A stretch of DNA of 64,000 nt from the human T2T-CHM13v2.0 reference genome, Homo sapiens. Of this stretch, positions 46,537 to 58,500 are shown piece by piece. How positions within the stretch are numbered: the first letter of the stretch is position 1; the number at the start of each line of letters is the position of its first letter. The stretch lies in assembly GCF_009914755.1 (NCBI RefSeq), contig NC_060938.1; one strand, given 5' to 3'. A model generated the notes under the pieces. It ran no database searches and was not told the origin of the DNA. It saw nothing but the letters and a program-made list of their open reading frames with translations. Both the position numbers and the translations under genes were made by a program.

Positions 46537-49500
46537 TCAGCCTTCATTTGGTCCCAGGCCTGACCCTTTGCTTTCATCGTCAGCTTTTCTGTCCTGCTCG
46601 GGCAGGATTAACTCTGTTCTTGCCGCGGATGTCACCATCACTCTGGAGTCCAGCCCAGTGCCCACAGGCCCGATCAGTTCACCCTCTTCCTTCTCTTCAG
46701 GGGAGAAACTTTCTCGGGCATCAAAAAACGTGATTGTTTCTTCTTGAAGTTTTTGTTCTTCCAGCTCTGCCCCATCTTCGGTGCTTTTGCTTTTCTTGGT
46801 AGGAGATGAGGAGAACCCTAATTTGGGAAATCGGAACCAGCCTGCCTTCTCCTGTTTTTTAGGCAGTTCTGCCTCTGGTCGTGCCTCAGGCTGTGTTTGA
46901 ATGGGAGCAGATCTCTGGACGTCATTTTTGGAATCAACACCTGTCTCATCAACAGAAGAGGAAAACCCAATGTTTGGAAGCCAAAACCAGAGCAGACCAG
47001 ATTTTTTACTTTCTGGTTTGTCTTTTGGAGCCCTGCCTTCATCTGCCAGTGGTGTGGTTGCCTCTTGGCTATCATCAGGGGGAAACTCAAGAATTTCTGC
47101 TGGCTCCTCATCTGAACAGCTGTCTGCAAGCTGGTGGCCAGAAGGAACTTCAAATGTGAGTGTTTGCTGTCCCAGTACATTGACGCTGGAAGAGATCATC
47201 TCAAATGGTTCTCCAGTGTCAGGCTGGAGATCTCCAGAAATGGAGTCTACTCCTGGGGTGGCTTGTATGGGAGCCTCTTCTGTGCCCTCCTGAGTCCTAG
47301 AGTGTTGAGTCATTGTTGTGTACACTCTAGCCTGCGTGTGGGGCTCTGGGATTTTCACTTTTAATAAGGAAAATCCGTACGAAGGTGTTTGAATCTCTGA
47401 CGTGGGGATCTCTGATTCCCGCACAATCTGAGTGGAAAAAGTCCTGGGTACTGAGAGATCTACAAACTCTGGTGTCACTATGCTGTGTATAGTGACCTCT
47501 TGACTTTCAACCTGAGCACCCTGAATATGCACTCTGACCTTTGAAATTGGGGGAGCTTCCAAAGGCAGGTTAAGGTCCACAGGCTGCTCCCCAGGGACCC
47601 CAGCACCTGCCTTCAGGATGCTGGCTCCCCAGAGCCCCGGACTTTCCTTACAAAGGGCTGTATCAATATTGGCCTCTGGACACTGCACTTCCCTCACAGT
47701 GGGGATGAACACATCATCCTCTGAGCTGGGGGCAGCGAAGGAGAACCTTGGTACCATTAATTTGGGGAATTTGACAGTTAGGACAGAATCTTCCCACAGT
47801 TGATCCACATTAACCACAGAAATCTGGGATGGCATATCAGTACTTGAAGCTTTCAATTTAAGTGGACCTTCAGGCTGGGAAGACCATTTCTCTGTTTTAT
47901 CCTCCATGCTGGCAAGGTCATGTCCTGGCTTGGAAAGAGGAGTCTCATCTATTTCTCCTGGAAGAACCTGGGTTTCTGGAAGCCTCATGCCAGGCATCTG
48001 AAAAGGGAGAGGTCCTTTGGATGGATGGATCCTGACCTCAGAAGTGGAAAGCTCATCCCCAGTCATCCCAGCAGTGGAAAGGTGCAGCTTCAAGCCTGTG
48101 CTGTCAAGATCACACCTTAGAATATCTGTGGATGATTTGCTCTCAGAAGCTGTCACTTCTGCATCTGCCTCTGGGAGCTGTAGGGACATAGCTGCCTCCA
48201 CGTTTGACCCAGAAACAAGGAACTCTTTGACTTTAGCTGCTGCTTCACCCCCTGTTGCTGCCGGTGCCTGTGTCTGAGCCACTTCCAGCTTTCCAGCCCC
48301 GCCTCTGTCCCTGAAAGAGCGCCTAAGGCTGGGCATGCGGAACTTGGGCATTTTAAACCAGCTTTCCTGCGAGTCCTTGGTCATGGCTTCCTCCTCTGGG
48401 CTTTCCACTGTGAGGACTTCAGCATCTGGTTTTCTACAGGATGGCTGGAGGGGATCTTCAGGTGTGGGGGCTATCCCCTCCCCACAAGGCTGGCTCACTG
48501 GGACATCCTCGAGCCCACATCCTCTGCTGTCACCTTCGGTAGACAGATCATGTTTGGGAAGAGGCAGGTCAGCTTCAGGCTGGCTCACCTCCACCTTGGC
48601 CTTGGAGGATCTGAGATCAGGTTTGGCAAAGCCCAAACTGGGAATGTGGACCTGTGGCCGGTGGAGGTTCACACCCTCACTTCCTGTGGCACTTGCTGTT
48701 GCACCAAGTCCTCCCCTACCACCGTCACTGCTGGCCTTTTCTGTGTCTTGAAAGCTACCCCCTGCTGTGGCACTAGAAAGGGAAGGATCCACGTCTCTCT
48801 GTGGCAGGCTGACCCCACTCTTAGAAGCCTTCATTTTGGGAAGTGCAAGTTTTGGCATGGCAAAGCCAGGCTTTGTGCTCCTCCCCTTCTCTCCATCCCT
48901 CTCAGGAGGCAGATCCATGTGGATGGCAGACTGCGGGGCCACTTCATCCTTGTCTAAAACCAGGCTGAGTTTTGAGTCCTCCACGCTGCATTCTGGGTCC
49001 ACCTTTGGCCCTGTTTCCTTCTTCGGGGACCACCTAAATGATGGAAGCTTAATCTTAGGCATTTTCAAGGGACTCCCTTTCCCTTCGTGGTCAGCATCTT
49101 CAGAAGGGGCTTCTCCAGGGGCCACTACTGATGTCTGCAAGGAGGCCACAAGCTCTTCTGGGCCCTGGGACACACAGGTGCCTGGGGATGGCAGCTGGGT
49201 GCTTGGCAAGGGGCACTGCACTCTTTCTCCAGGGCTAAGAGGAGACATGACTGGGGCACCCACTGCTGCATGTAGGTCTCCCTCAGGAACTGCCATTTGG
49301 GGGACTGAAAACACAAACTTTGGTTTATAGAATTTAGGAAAAGACACCTGACCAAGAGAAACAGGAATCATGGAATTCAGTGGGCCAGAGTGACTCTCAG
49401 CTTGAGATGTTGGAACTCCCTCTGGAGGCTGCAGGTCAGTGGAGCACTCTGTCTTGGGAAGAGGAATATCAGCCTGAGACCCAGAAGGAATTTCCAGAGC

Positions 49501-52500
49501 AAGCTCAGGGGCCAAGGCAGCTCTGGGAACAGTCACCTGGTATTTTGTAAGTGTAACATCCTCACAGGGAGAGAGAATAGAAGATTCAAAGTGAGGACCA
49601 GTGAGATCAAGCCGGGATGATGGAAACCCAGCAAAACCCACCTTAGGCATCTGCATGGATGGCTCTGAACAAGCCGAAACCTGTTGTAATTCAAAACTTG
49701 AGCATTCTGAAGATGATAAAGGAATCGTGGAAAGACCTATGCTAGACTTTGCACCTGGGACTAAACTATCTTTAGGAGTTTTGGTAGAAGAAAATGAAAC
49801 TTTGGGCACTTTAAAATGCAGTTTCTTAAACTTCGAATCCATTCCAACTTCTCCAACAGCAAGCCCCAAGTTACCATCGCGAGATGGATCATGAAGATCA
49901 CCTTCATGAACAACAGATTCCACAATGGGAAATGCGGAAGTCTTCTCATGGAATGTAACATTTCCTTCGATTTCAGAGGAAGACATGGAAACTTTCTTTG
50001 ACGACCATTCAAAACCAGACGTGCTCAGTTTTGGTCCTTGAAACTTACTGTCTTTCCCAGCTACATCCTCGTGGGCCAGGGACAGGTCCCCCTCAAGCCG
50101 CGCACCATCCAGCATGGATCCTGGGGCCTGGACATCCGTCTCCACGCTGGGCAGAGACACCTCCACGTCGGGGGCCATCACCTCTGCCTTTGGGCCTTTC
50201 AGGTCCAGCTTGGGGCCCTTGACGTCCACCTGGGGGCCCTTGAGGTCCACTTTGGGCATCTTGAAACTGGGCATCTCCACCTTGGGCAGGTGCCCTTTGA
50301 GGCCGGCTACCTCGGGCAGGTGGCCTTCTGGAAGTTTCAAGTCCACCTGGCCAGCCTGGACCTCCAGGTCGGCGGAAGGGGCCTGAATGCGGAGGTCAGT
50401 GGTCTTGAGGTCCCCCTGCATGGAGGGAATGCTCATGTCGGCCTCCATCTTCGGCGCAGACACATCCACCGAGACCTCGATGGACTTGCCTGGGGACAAC
50501 ATCCCAAAGGATGGCATCTTGAACTTGGGCATTTTGAACTTGCTGTCTTTGGCAGTCACGTCCTTGTCAGCCAGGGACAGGTCCCCCTCCAGCCGCGTAC
50601 TGTCCAGCTTGGCTCCTGGGGCTTGGATGTCCACCTCCATGCTGGGCAGAGACACGTCCAGGTTGGGGGACGTCACCTCCACCTTGGGGCCTTTCAGGTC
50701 CAGCTTGGGGACATTAACGTCTATCTGGGGACCCTTGAGGTCCACTTTGGGTACCTTGAAACTGGGCATCTGCAGCTTCGGCAGGTGCCCTTTGAGGCCG
50801 GCTCCCTCATGCACAGGGCCCTCTGGGAGTTTCACATCCTCTTGGCCAGCCTGGACCTCCAGATCAGCGGAAGGGGGCTGAATGCTGAGGTGAGTGGTCT
50901 TCAGGTCCCCCTGCATGGAGGGGAGGCTCACGTCAGCCTCCACCTTCGGCGCAGACACATCCACCGAGGCCTCGATGGACTTGCCTGGGGCAGACACCCC
51001 GAACGACGGCATCTTGAACTTGGGCATTTTGAACTTGCTGTCTTTGGCAGTCATGTCCTTGTCGGCTAGGGACAGGTCACCCTCCAGCCGCGCACTGTCC
51101 AGCTTGGCTCCCGGGGCCTCGACGTCCACCTCCATGCTGGGCAGAGACACCTCCACGACGGGGGTCATCACATCCGCCTTGGGGCCTTTCAGGTCCAGCT
51201 TGGGGCCCTTGACATCCACCTGGGGGCCCTTGAGGGCCACTTTGGGCATCTTCAAACAGGGCATCTGCACCTTGGGGAGGTGCCCTTTGAGGCCGGCTCC
51301 CTTGGGCAGGGGGCCCTCCGGGAGTTTCACGTCCACTTGGCCAGCCTGGACCTCCAGGTCGGCGGAAGGGGACTGAATGCTGAGGTCAGTGGTCTTGAGG
51401 TCCCCCTGCATGGAGGGGAGGCTCACGTCGGCTTTCGCCTTCAGCTCAGACACATCCACGGACGCCTCCATGGACTTGCCTGGGGCCGACACCCCGAATG
51501 ATGGCATCTTGAACTTGGGCATTTTGAACTTGCTGTCTTTGGCAGTCACATCCTTGTCGGCCAGGGACAGGTCCCCCTCCAGCTGCACACCATCCAGCTT
51601 TGCTCTCGGGGCCTGGACGTCCACCTCCATGCTGGACAGAGACATCTTCACATCAGGGGCTGTCACTTCCGCCTTGGGGCCTTTCAGGTCCAGCTTGGGG
51701 CCCTTAACATCTATCTGGGGGCCCTTGAGGTCCACTTTGGGCATCTTGAAACTGGGCATCTGCACCTTGGGCAGGTGCCCTTTGAGGCTGGCTCCCTCGG
51801 GCACGGGGCCCTCTGGGAGTTTCACGTCCACTTGGCCAGCCTGGACCTCCAGGTCAGCGGAAGGGGGCTGAACGCTGAGGTCAGTGGCCTTGAGGTCCCC
51901 CTGCATGGAAGGGAGGCTCACGTCGGCCTCCACCTTTGGCGCGGTCACATCCACTGATGCCTCCATGGACTTGCCTGGGGCAGACACCCCGAACGACGGC
52001 ATCTTGAACTTGGGCATTTTGAACTTGCTGTCTTTGGCCGTCACGTCCTTGTCGGCCAGGGACAGGTCCCCCTCCAGCCGCGCACCATCCAGCTTTGCTC
52101 CTGGGGCCTCGACGTCCACCTCCACGCTGGGCAGAGAAACCTCCACATCAGGGGCTGTCACTTCCACCTTGGGGTCTTTTAGGTCCAGCTTGGGGCCCTT
52201 GATGTCTATTTCAGGGCCCTTGAGGTCGACTTTGGGCATCTTGAAACTGGGCATCTGCACCTTGGGCAGGTGTCCTTTGAGGCCGGCTTCCTCGGGCACG
52301 TGGCCCTCCAGGAGTTTCACGTCCACCTGGCGAGCTTGGACCGTCAGGTCGGCAGAATGGGGCTGAATGCTGAGGTCAGTGGTCTTGAGGTCCCCCTGCA
52401 TGGAGGGGAGACTCACATCGGCCTCCACCTTGGGTGCAGACACGTGCACCGAGGCCTCAATGGACTTGCCTGGGGCAGACACCCCAAATGACGGCATCTT

Positions 52501-55500
52501 GAACTTGGGCATTTTGAATTTGCTGTCTTTGGCAGTCACATCCTTGTTGGCCAGGGACAGGTCCCCCTCCAGCTGTGCACTATCCAGTTTGGCTCTTGGG
52601 GCCTGGACGTCCACCTCCACGCTGGGCAGAGACACCTCCACATCAGGGGCTGTGACTTCCGCCTTGGAGACTTTTAGGTCCAGCTTGGGGCCCTTGATGT
52701 CCACCTGGGGGCCCTTGAGGTCCACTTTGGGCATCTTCAAACTGGGCATCTCCACCTTGGGCAGGTGCTCTTTGAGGCCGGCTCCCTCGGGCACCTGGCC
52801 CTCCGGGAGCTTCACATCCATCTGGCCAGCCTGGACCTTCAGGTCGGCAGAAGGGGGCTGAATGCTGAGGTCAGTGGTCTTCAGGTCCCCCTGCATGGAG
52901 GGGAGACTCACGTCGGCTTCCACCTTGGGTGCAGACACATCCACCGAGGCCTCCATGGACTTCTCTGGGGCCGATACCCTGAATGACGGCATCTTGAATT
53001 TGGGCATTTTGAACTTGCTGTCTTTGGCAGTCACGTCCTTGTCAGCCAGGGACAGGTCTCCCTCCAGCCGCCCAGCATCCAGCTTGGCCTTCGGGGCCTG
53101 GACATCCACCTCCACGCTGGGCAGAGACACCTCGACATCGGGGACTCTCACTTCTGCCTTGGGGCCTTTCAGGTCCAGCTTGGGGCCCTTAACATCTATC
53201 TGGGGGCCCTTGAGGTCCACTTTGGGCGTCTTTAAACTGGGCATCTCCACTTTGGGCAGGTGCCCTTTGAGGCCGGCTCCCTCGGGCACAGGGCCCTCCA
53301 GGAGTTCCACATCCACTTGGACAGCCTGGACCTCCAGGTCAGCGGAAGGGGGCTGAATGCTGAGGTCAGTGGCCTTGAGGTCCCCCTGCATGGAGGAGAG
53401 GCTCACGTCGGCCTCCACCTTCGGCGCAGACACATCCAGCGAGGCCTCGATGGACCTGCCTGGGGCCGACACCCCGAAGGAGGGCATCTTGAACTTGGGC
53501 ATTTTGAACTTGCTGTCTTTGGCAGTCACATCCTTTTCAGCCAGGGACAGGTCCCCCTCCAGCCGCGCACCATCCAGCTTGGCTCTCGGGGCCTGGACGT
53601 CCACCTCCACGCTGGGCAGAGACACCTCCACATCAGGGACTGTCACTTCCGCCTTGGGGACTTTTAGGTCCAGCTTGGGGCCCTTGATGTCCACCTGGGG
53701 GCTCTTGAGGTCCACTTTGGGCATCTTGAAACTGGGCATCTCCACCTTGGGCAGGTGCCCTTTGAGGCCAGCTCCCTCGGGCACGTGGCCCTCCGGGAGC
53801 TTCACGTCCACCTGGCCAGCCTGGACCTCCAGGTCCGCAGAAGGGAGCTGAATGCTGAGGTCAGTGGTCTTGAGGTCCCCCTGCATGGAGGGGAGGCTCA
53901 CGTCGGCCTCCGCCTTCAGCGCAGACACATCCACCGAGGCCTGGATGGACTTGCCTGGGGCAGACGCCCTGTACGACGGCATCTTGAATTTGGGCATTTT
54001 GAACTTGCTGTCTTTGGCAGTCACATCCTTGTCGGCCAGGGACAGGTCCCCCTCCAGCCGTGCACCATCCAACTTGGCTCCTGGGGCCTCGACATCCACC
54101 TCCATGCCGGGCTGAGACACCTCCACGTCGGGGGCCGTCACGTCCGTCTTCGGGCCTTTCAGGTCCAGCTTGGGGCCCTTGATGTCTATCTGGGGGCCCT
54201 TGTGATCTACTTTGGGCATCTTGAAACTGGGCATCTGCAACTTGGGCAGGTGCCCTTTGAGGCCAGCTCCCTCGGGAACGTGGCCCTCTGGGAGCTTCAG
54301 GTCCACCTGGCCAGCCTGGACCTCCAGTTGGGCAGAGGGGGGCTCAATGCTGATGTCAGTGGTCTTCAGGTCCCCCTGCATGGAGGGGAGGCTCACTTCG
54401 GCCTCCACCTTCGGCGCAGACACATCCACCGAGACCTCAATGGACTTGCCTGGGGCAGACACCCCGAACGACGGCATCTTGAACTTGGGCATTTTGAACT
54501 TGCTGTCTTTGGCAGTCACATCCTTGTCGGCCAGGGACAGGTCACCCTCCAGCCGTGCACCATCCAGCTTTGCTCTCGGGGCCTCGACGTCCACCTCCAC
54601 GCTGGGCAGAGACACCTCCACGTCGGGGGCCGTCACCTCCGCCTTGGGGCCTTTCAGGTCCAGCTTGGGGCCCTTGACGTCTATCTGGGGGCCCTTGAGA
54701 TCCACTTTGGGCATCTTGAAACTGGGCATCTGCACCTTGGGCAGGTGCCCTTTGAGGCCGGCTCCCTCGGGAACGTGGCCCTCTGGGAGTTTCACGTCCA
54801 CCTGGCCAGCCTGGACCTCCAGTTGGGCGGAGGGGGGCTGAATGCTGATGTCAGTGGTCTTAAGGTCCCCTTGCATGGAGGGGAAGCTCCCGTCAGCTTC
54901 CACCTTCAGCTCAGACACATCCACCGAGGCCTCGATGGACTTGCCTGGGGCCGACACCCCGAATGACGGCATCTTGAACTTGGGCATTTTGAACTTGCTG
55001 TCTTTGGCTGTCATGCCCTTGTCGGCCAGGGACAGGTCCCCCTCCAGCCGCGCACCATCCAGCTTTGCTCTCGGGGCCTGGACGTCCACCTCCATGCTGG
55101 ACAGAGACATCTTCACATCGGGGGCTGTCACTTCCGCCTTGGGGCCTTTCAGGTCCACGTTGGGGCCCTTAACATCTATCTGGGGGCCCTTGAGGTCCAC
55201 TTCAGGCATCTTGAAACTGGGCATCTGCAGCTTGGGCAGGTGCCCTTTGAGGCCGGCTCCCTCGGGAACGTGGCCCTCTGGGAGTTTCACATCCACCTGG
55301 CCAGCCTGGACCTCCAGTTGGGCAGAGGGGGGCTGAATGCTGATGTCAGTGGTCTTAAGGTCCCCTTGCATGGAGGGGAGGCTCATGTCGGCTTCCACCT
55401 TCAGCTCAGACACATCCACCAACGCCTCGATAGACTCGCCTGGGGCCGACACCCTGAATGATGGCATCTTGAACTTGGGCATTTTGAACTTGCTATCTTT

Positions 55501-58500
55501 GGCTGTCACACCCTTGTCGGCCAGGGACAGGTCCCCCTCCAGCCGCGCACCATCCAGCTTTGCTCTCGGGGCCTGGACGTCCACCTCCATGCTGGACAGA
55601 GACATCTCCACATCGGGGGCTGTCACTTCCGCCTTGGGGCCTTTCAGGTCCAGCTTGGGGCCCTTGACATCTAGCTGGGGGCCCTTGAGGTCCATTTCAG
55701 GCATCTTGAAACTGGGCATCTGCACCTTGGGCAGGTGCCCTTTGAGGCCGGCTCCCTCCGGCACAGGGCCCTCTGGGAGTTTCACGTCCACTTGGCCAGC
55801 CTGGACCTCCAGGTCAGCGGAAGGGGGCTGAATGCTGAGGTCAGTGGCCTTGAGGTCCCCCTGCATGGAGGAGAGGCTCACGTCGGCCTCCACTTTCGGC
55901 GCAGACACATCCACCGAGGCCGCGATGGACTTGCCTGGGGCAGACACCCCGAATGACGGCATCTTGAACTTGGGAATTTTGAACCTGCTGTCTTTGGTAG
56001 TCACATCCTTGTCCGCCACAGACAGGTCCCCCTCCAGCCACGCACCATCCAGCTTGGCTCCCGGGGCCTCGACATCCACCTCCACGCTGGGCTGAGACAC
56101 CTCCACGTCGGGGGCCATCACGTCCGTCTTGGGGCCTTTCAGGTCCAGCTTGGGGCCCTTGACATCTATCTGGGGGCCCTTGAGATCTACTTTGGGCATC
56201 TTGAAACTGGGCATCTGCAGCTTGGGCAGGTGCCCTTTGAGGCCGGCTCCCTCCGGCACGGGGCCCTCTGAGAGTTTCACATCCACTTGGCCAGCCTGGA
56301 CCTCCAGGTCAGCGGAAGGGGGCTGAACGCTGAGGTCAGTGGTCTTGAGGTCCCCCTGCATGGAGGGGAGGCTCACGTCGGCCTCCACCTTCAACGCAGA
56401 CACATCCGCTGAGGCCTCGATGGACTTGCCAGGGGCAGACACCCCAAACGAGAGCATCTTGAACTTGGGCATTTTGAACTTGCTGTCTTTGGCAGTCACG
56501 TCCTTGTCGGCCAGGGACATGTCCCCCTCCAGCCGCGCACCATCCAGCTTGGCTCCTGGGGCCTTGACGTCCACCTCCACGCTGGGCAGAGACACCTCCA
56601 CATCAGGGGCTGTCACTTCCACCTTGGGGTCTTTTAGGTCCAGCTTGGGGCCCTTGATGTCTATTTCGGGGCCCTTGAGGTCCACTTTGGGCACCTTGAA
56701 ACTGGGCATCTGCAGCTTGGGCAGGTGCCCTTTGAGGCCGACTTCCTCGGGCACAGGGCCCTCCAGGAGTTTCACGTCCACCTGGCCAGCCTGGACCTTC
56801 ACGTCGGCGGAAAGGGGCTGAATGCTGAGGTCAGTGGTCTTCAGGTCCCCCTGCATGGAGGGGAGACTCACGTCGGCCTCCACCTTGGGTGGAGACACAT
56901 CCACCGAGGCCTCGATGGACCTCCCTGGGGCCGATACCCCGAACGACGGCATCTTGAATTTGGGCATTTTGAACTTGCTGTCTTTGGCAGTCATGTCCTT
57001 GTCGGCCAGGGACAGGTCTCCCTCCAGCCGCGCACCATCCAGCTTAGCCTTCTGGGCCTGGACATCCACCTCCATGCTGGGCAGAGACACCTCGACATCG
57101 GGGGCTGTCACTTCCGCCTTGGGGCCTTTCAGGTCCAGCTTGGCGCCCTTAACATCCGTCTGGGGGCCCTTGAGGTCCACTTTGGGCATCTTGAAACTGG
57201 GCATATCCACCTTGGGCAAGTGCCCTTTGAGGCCGGCTCCCTCGGGCACCTGGCCCTCCGGGAGCTTCATGTCCACTTGGCCAGCCTGGACCACCAGGTC
57301 TGCAGAAGGGAGCGGAATGCAGAGGTCCGTGGTCTTGAGGTCCCCCTGCATGGAGGGGAGGCTCACATCGGCCTCCACCTTCGGCGCAGACACATCCACC
57401 GAGGCCTCGATGGACTTGCCTGGGGCAGACACCCCGAACGACGGCATCTTGAACTTGGGCATTTTGAACTTGCTGTCTTTGGCAGTCACATCCTTGTCGG
57501 CCAGGGACAGGTCACCCTCCAGCCGCACACTGTCCAGCTTGGCTCCTGGAGCCTCGACGTCCACCTCCACGCTGGGCAGAGACACCTCCACGTCGGGGGC
57601 CATCACCTCCGCCTTGGGGCCTTTCAGGTCCAGCTTGGGGCCCTTGACGTCCATCTGGGGGCCCTTGAGGGCCACTTTGGGCATCTTCAAACTGGGCATC
57701 TGCACCTTGGGGAGGTGCCCTTTGAAGCCGGCTCCCTCGGGAAGGGGGCCCTCCGGGAGTTTCACGTTCACTTGGCCAGCCTGGACCTCCAGGTCAGCGG
57801 AAGGGGACTGAATGCTGAGGTCAGTGGTCTTGAGGTCCCCCTGCATGGAGGGGAGGCTCACATCAGCTTCCACCTTCGGCTCAGACACATCCACCGAGGC
57901 CTCGATGGACTTGCCTGGGGCCGACACCCCAAATGATGGCATCTTGAACTTGGGCATTTTGAACTTGCTGTCTTTGGCAGTCACCGCCTTGTCGGCCAGG
58001 GACAGGTCCCCCTCCAGCTGCGCACCATCCAGCTTTGCTCTCGGGGCCTGGACGTCCACCTCCATGCTGGACAGAGACATCTTCACATCGGGGGCTGTCA
58101 CTTCCGCCTTGGGGCCTTTCAGGTCCAGCTTGGGGCCCTTAACATCTATCTGGGGCCCCTTGAGGTCCACTTTGGGCATCTTGAAACTGGGCATCTGCAC
58201 TTTGGGCAGGTGCCCTTTGAGGCCGGCTCCCTCGGACACAGGGCCCTCCAGGAGTTTCACGTCCACTTGGCCAGCCTGGACCTCCAGGTCAGCGGAAGGG
58301 GGCTGTATGCTCAGGTCAGTGGCCTTGAGGTCCCCCTGCATGGAGGGGAGGCTCACGTCGGCCTCCACTTTGGGTGCAGACACATCCACCGAGGCCTCGA
58401 TGGACTTGCCTGGGGCAGACACCCCGAACGATGGCATCTTGAACTTGGGCATTTTGAACCTGCTGTCTTTGGCAGTCACATCCTTGTCGGCCAGGGACAG

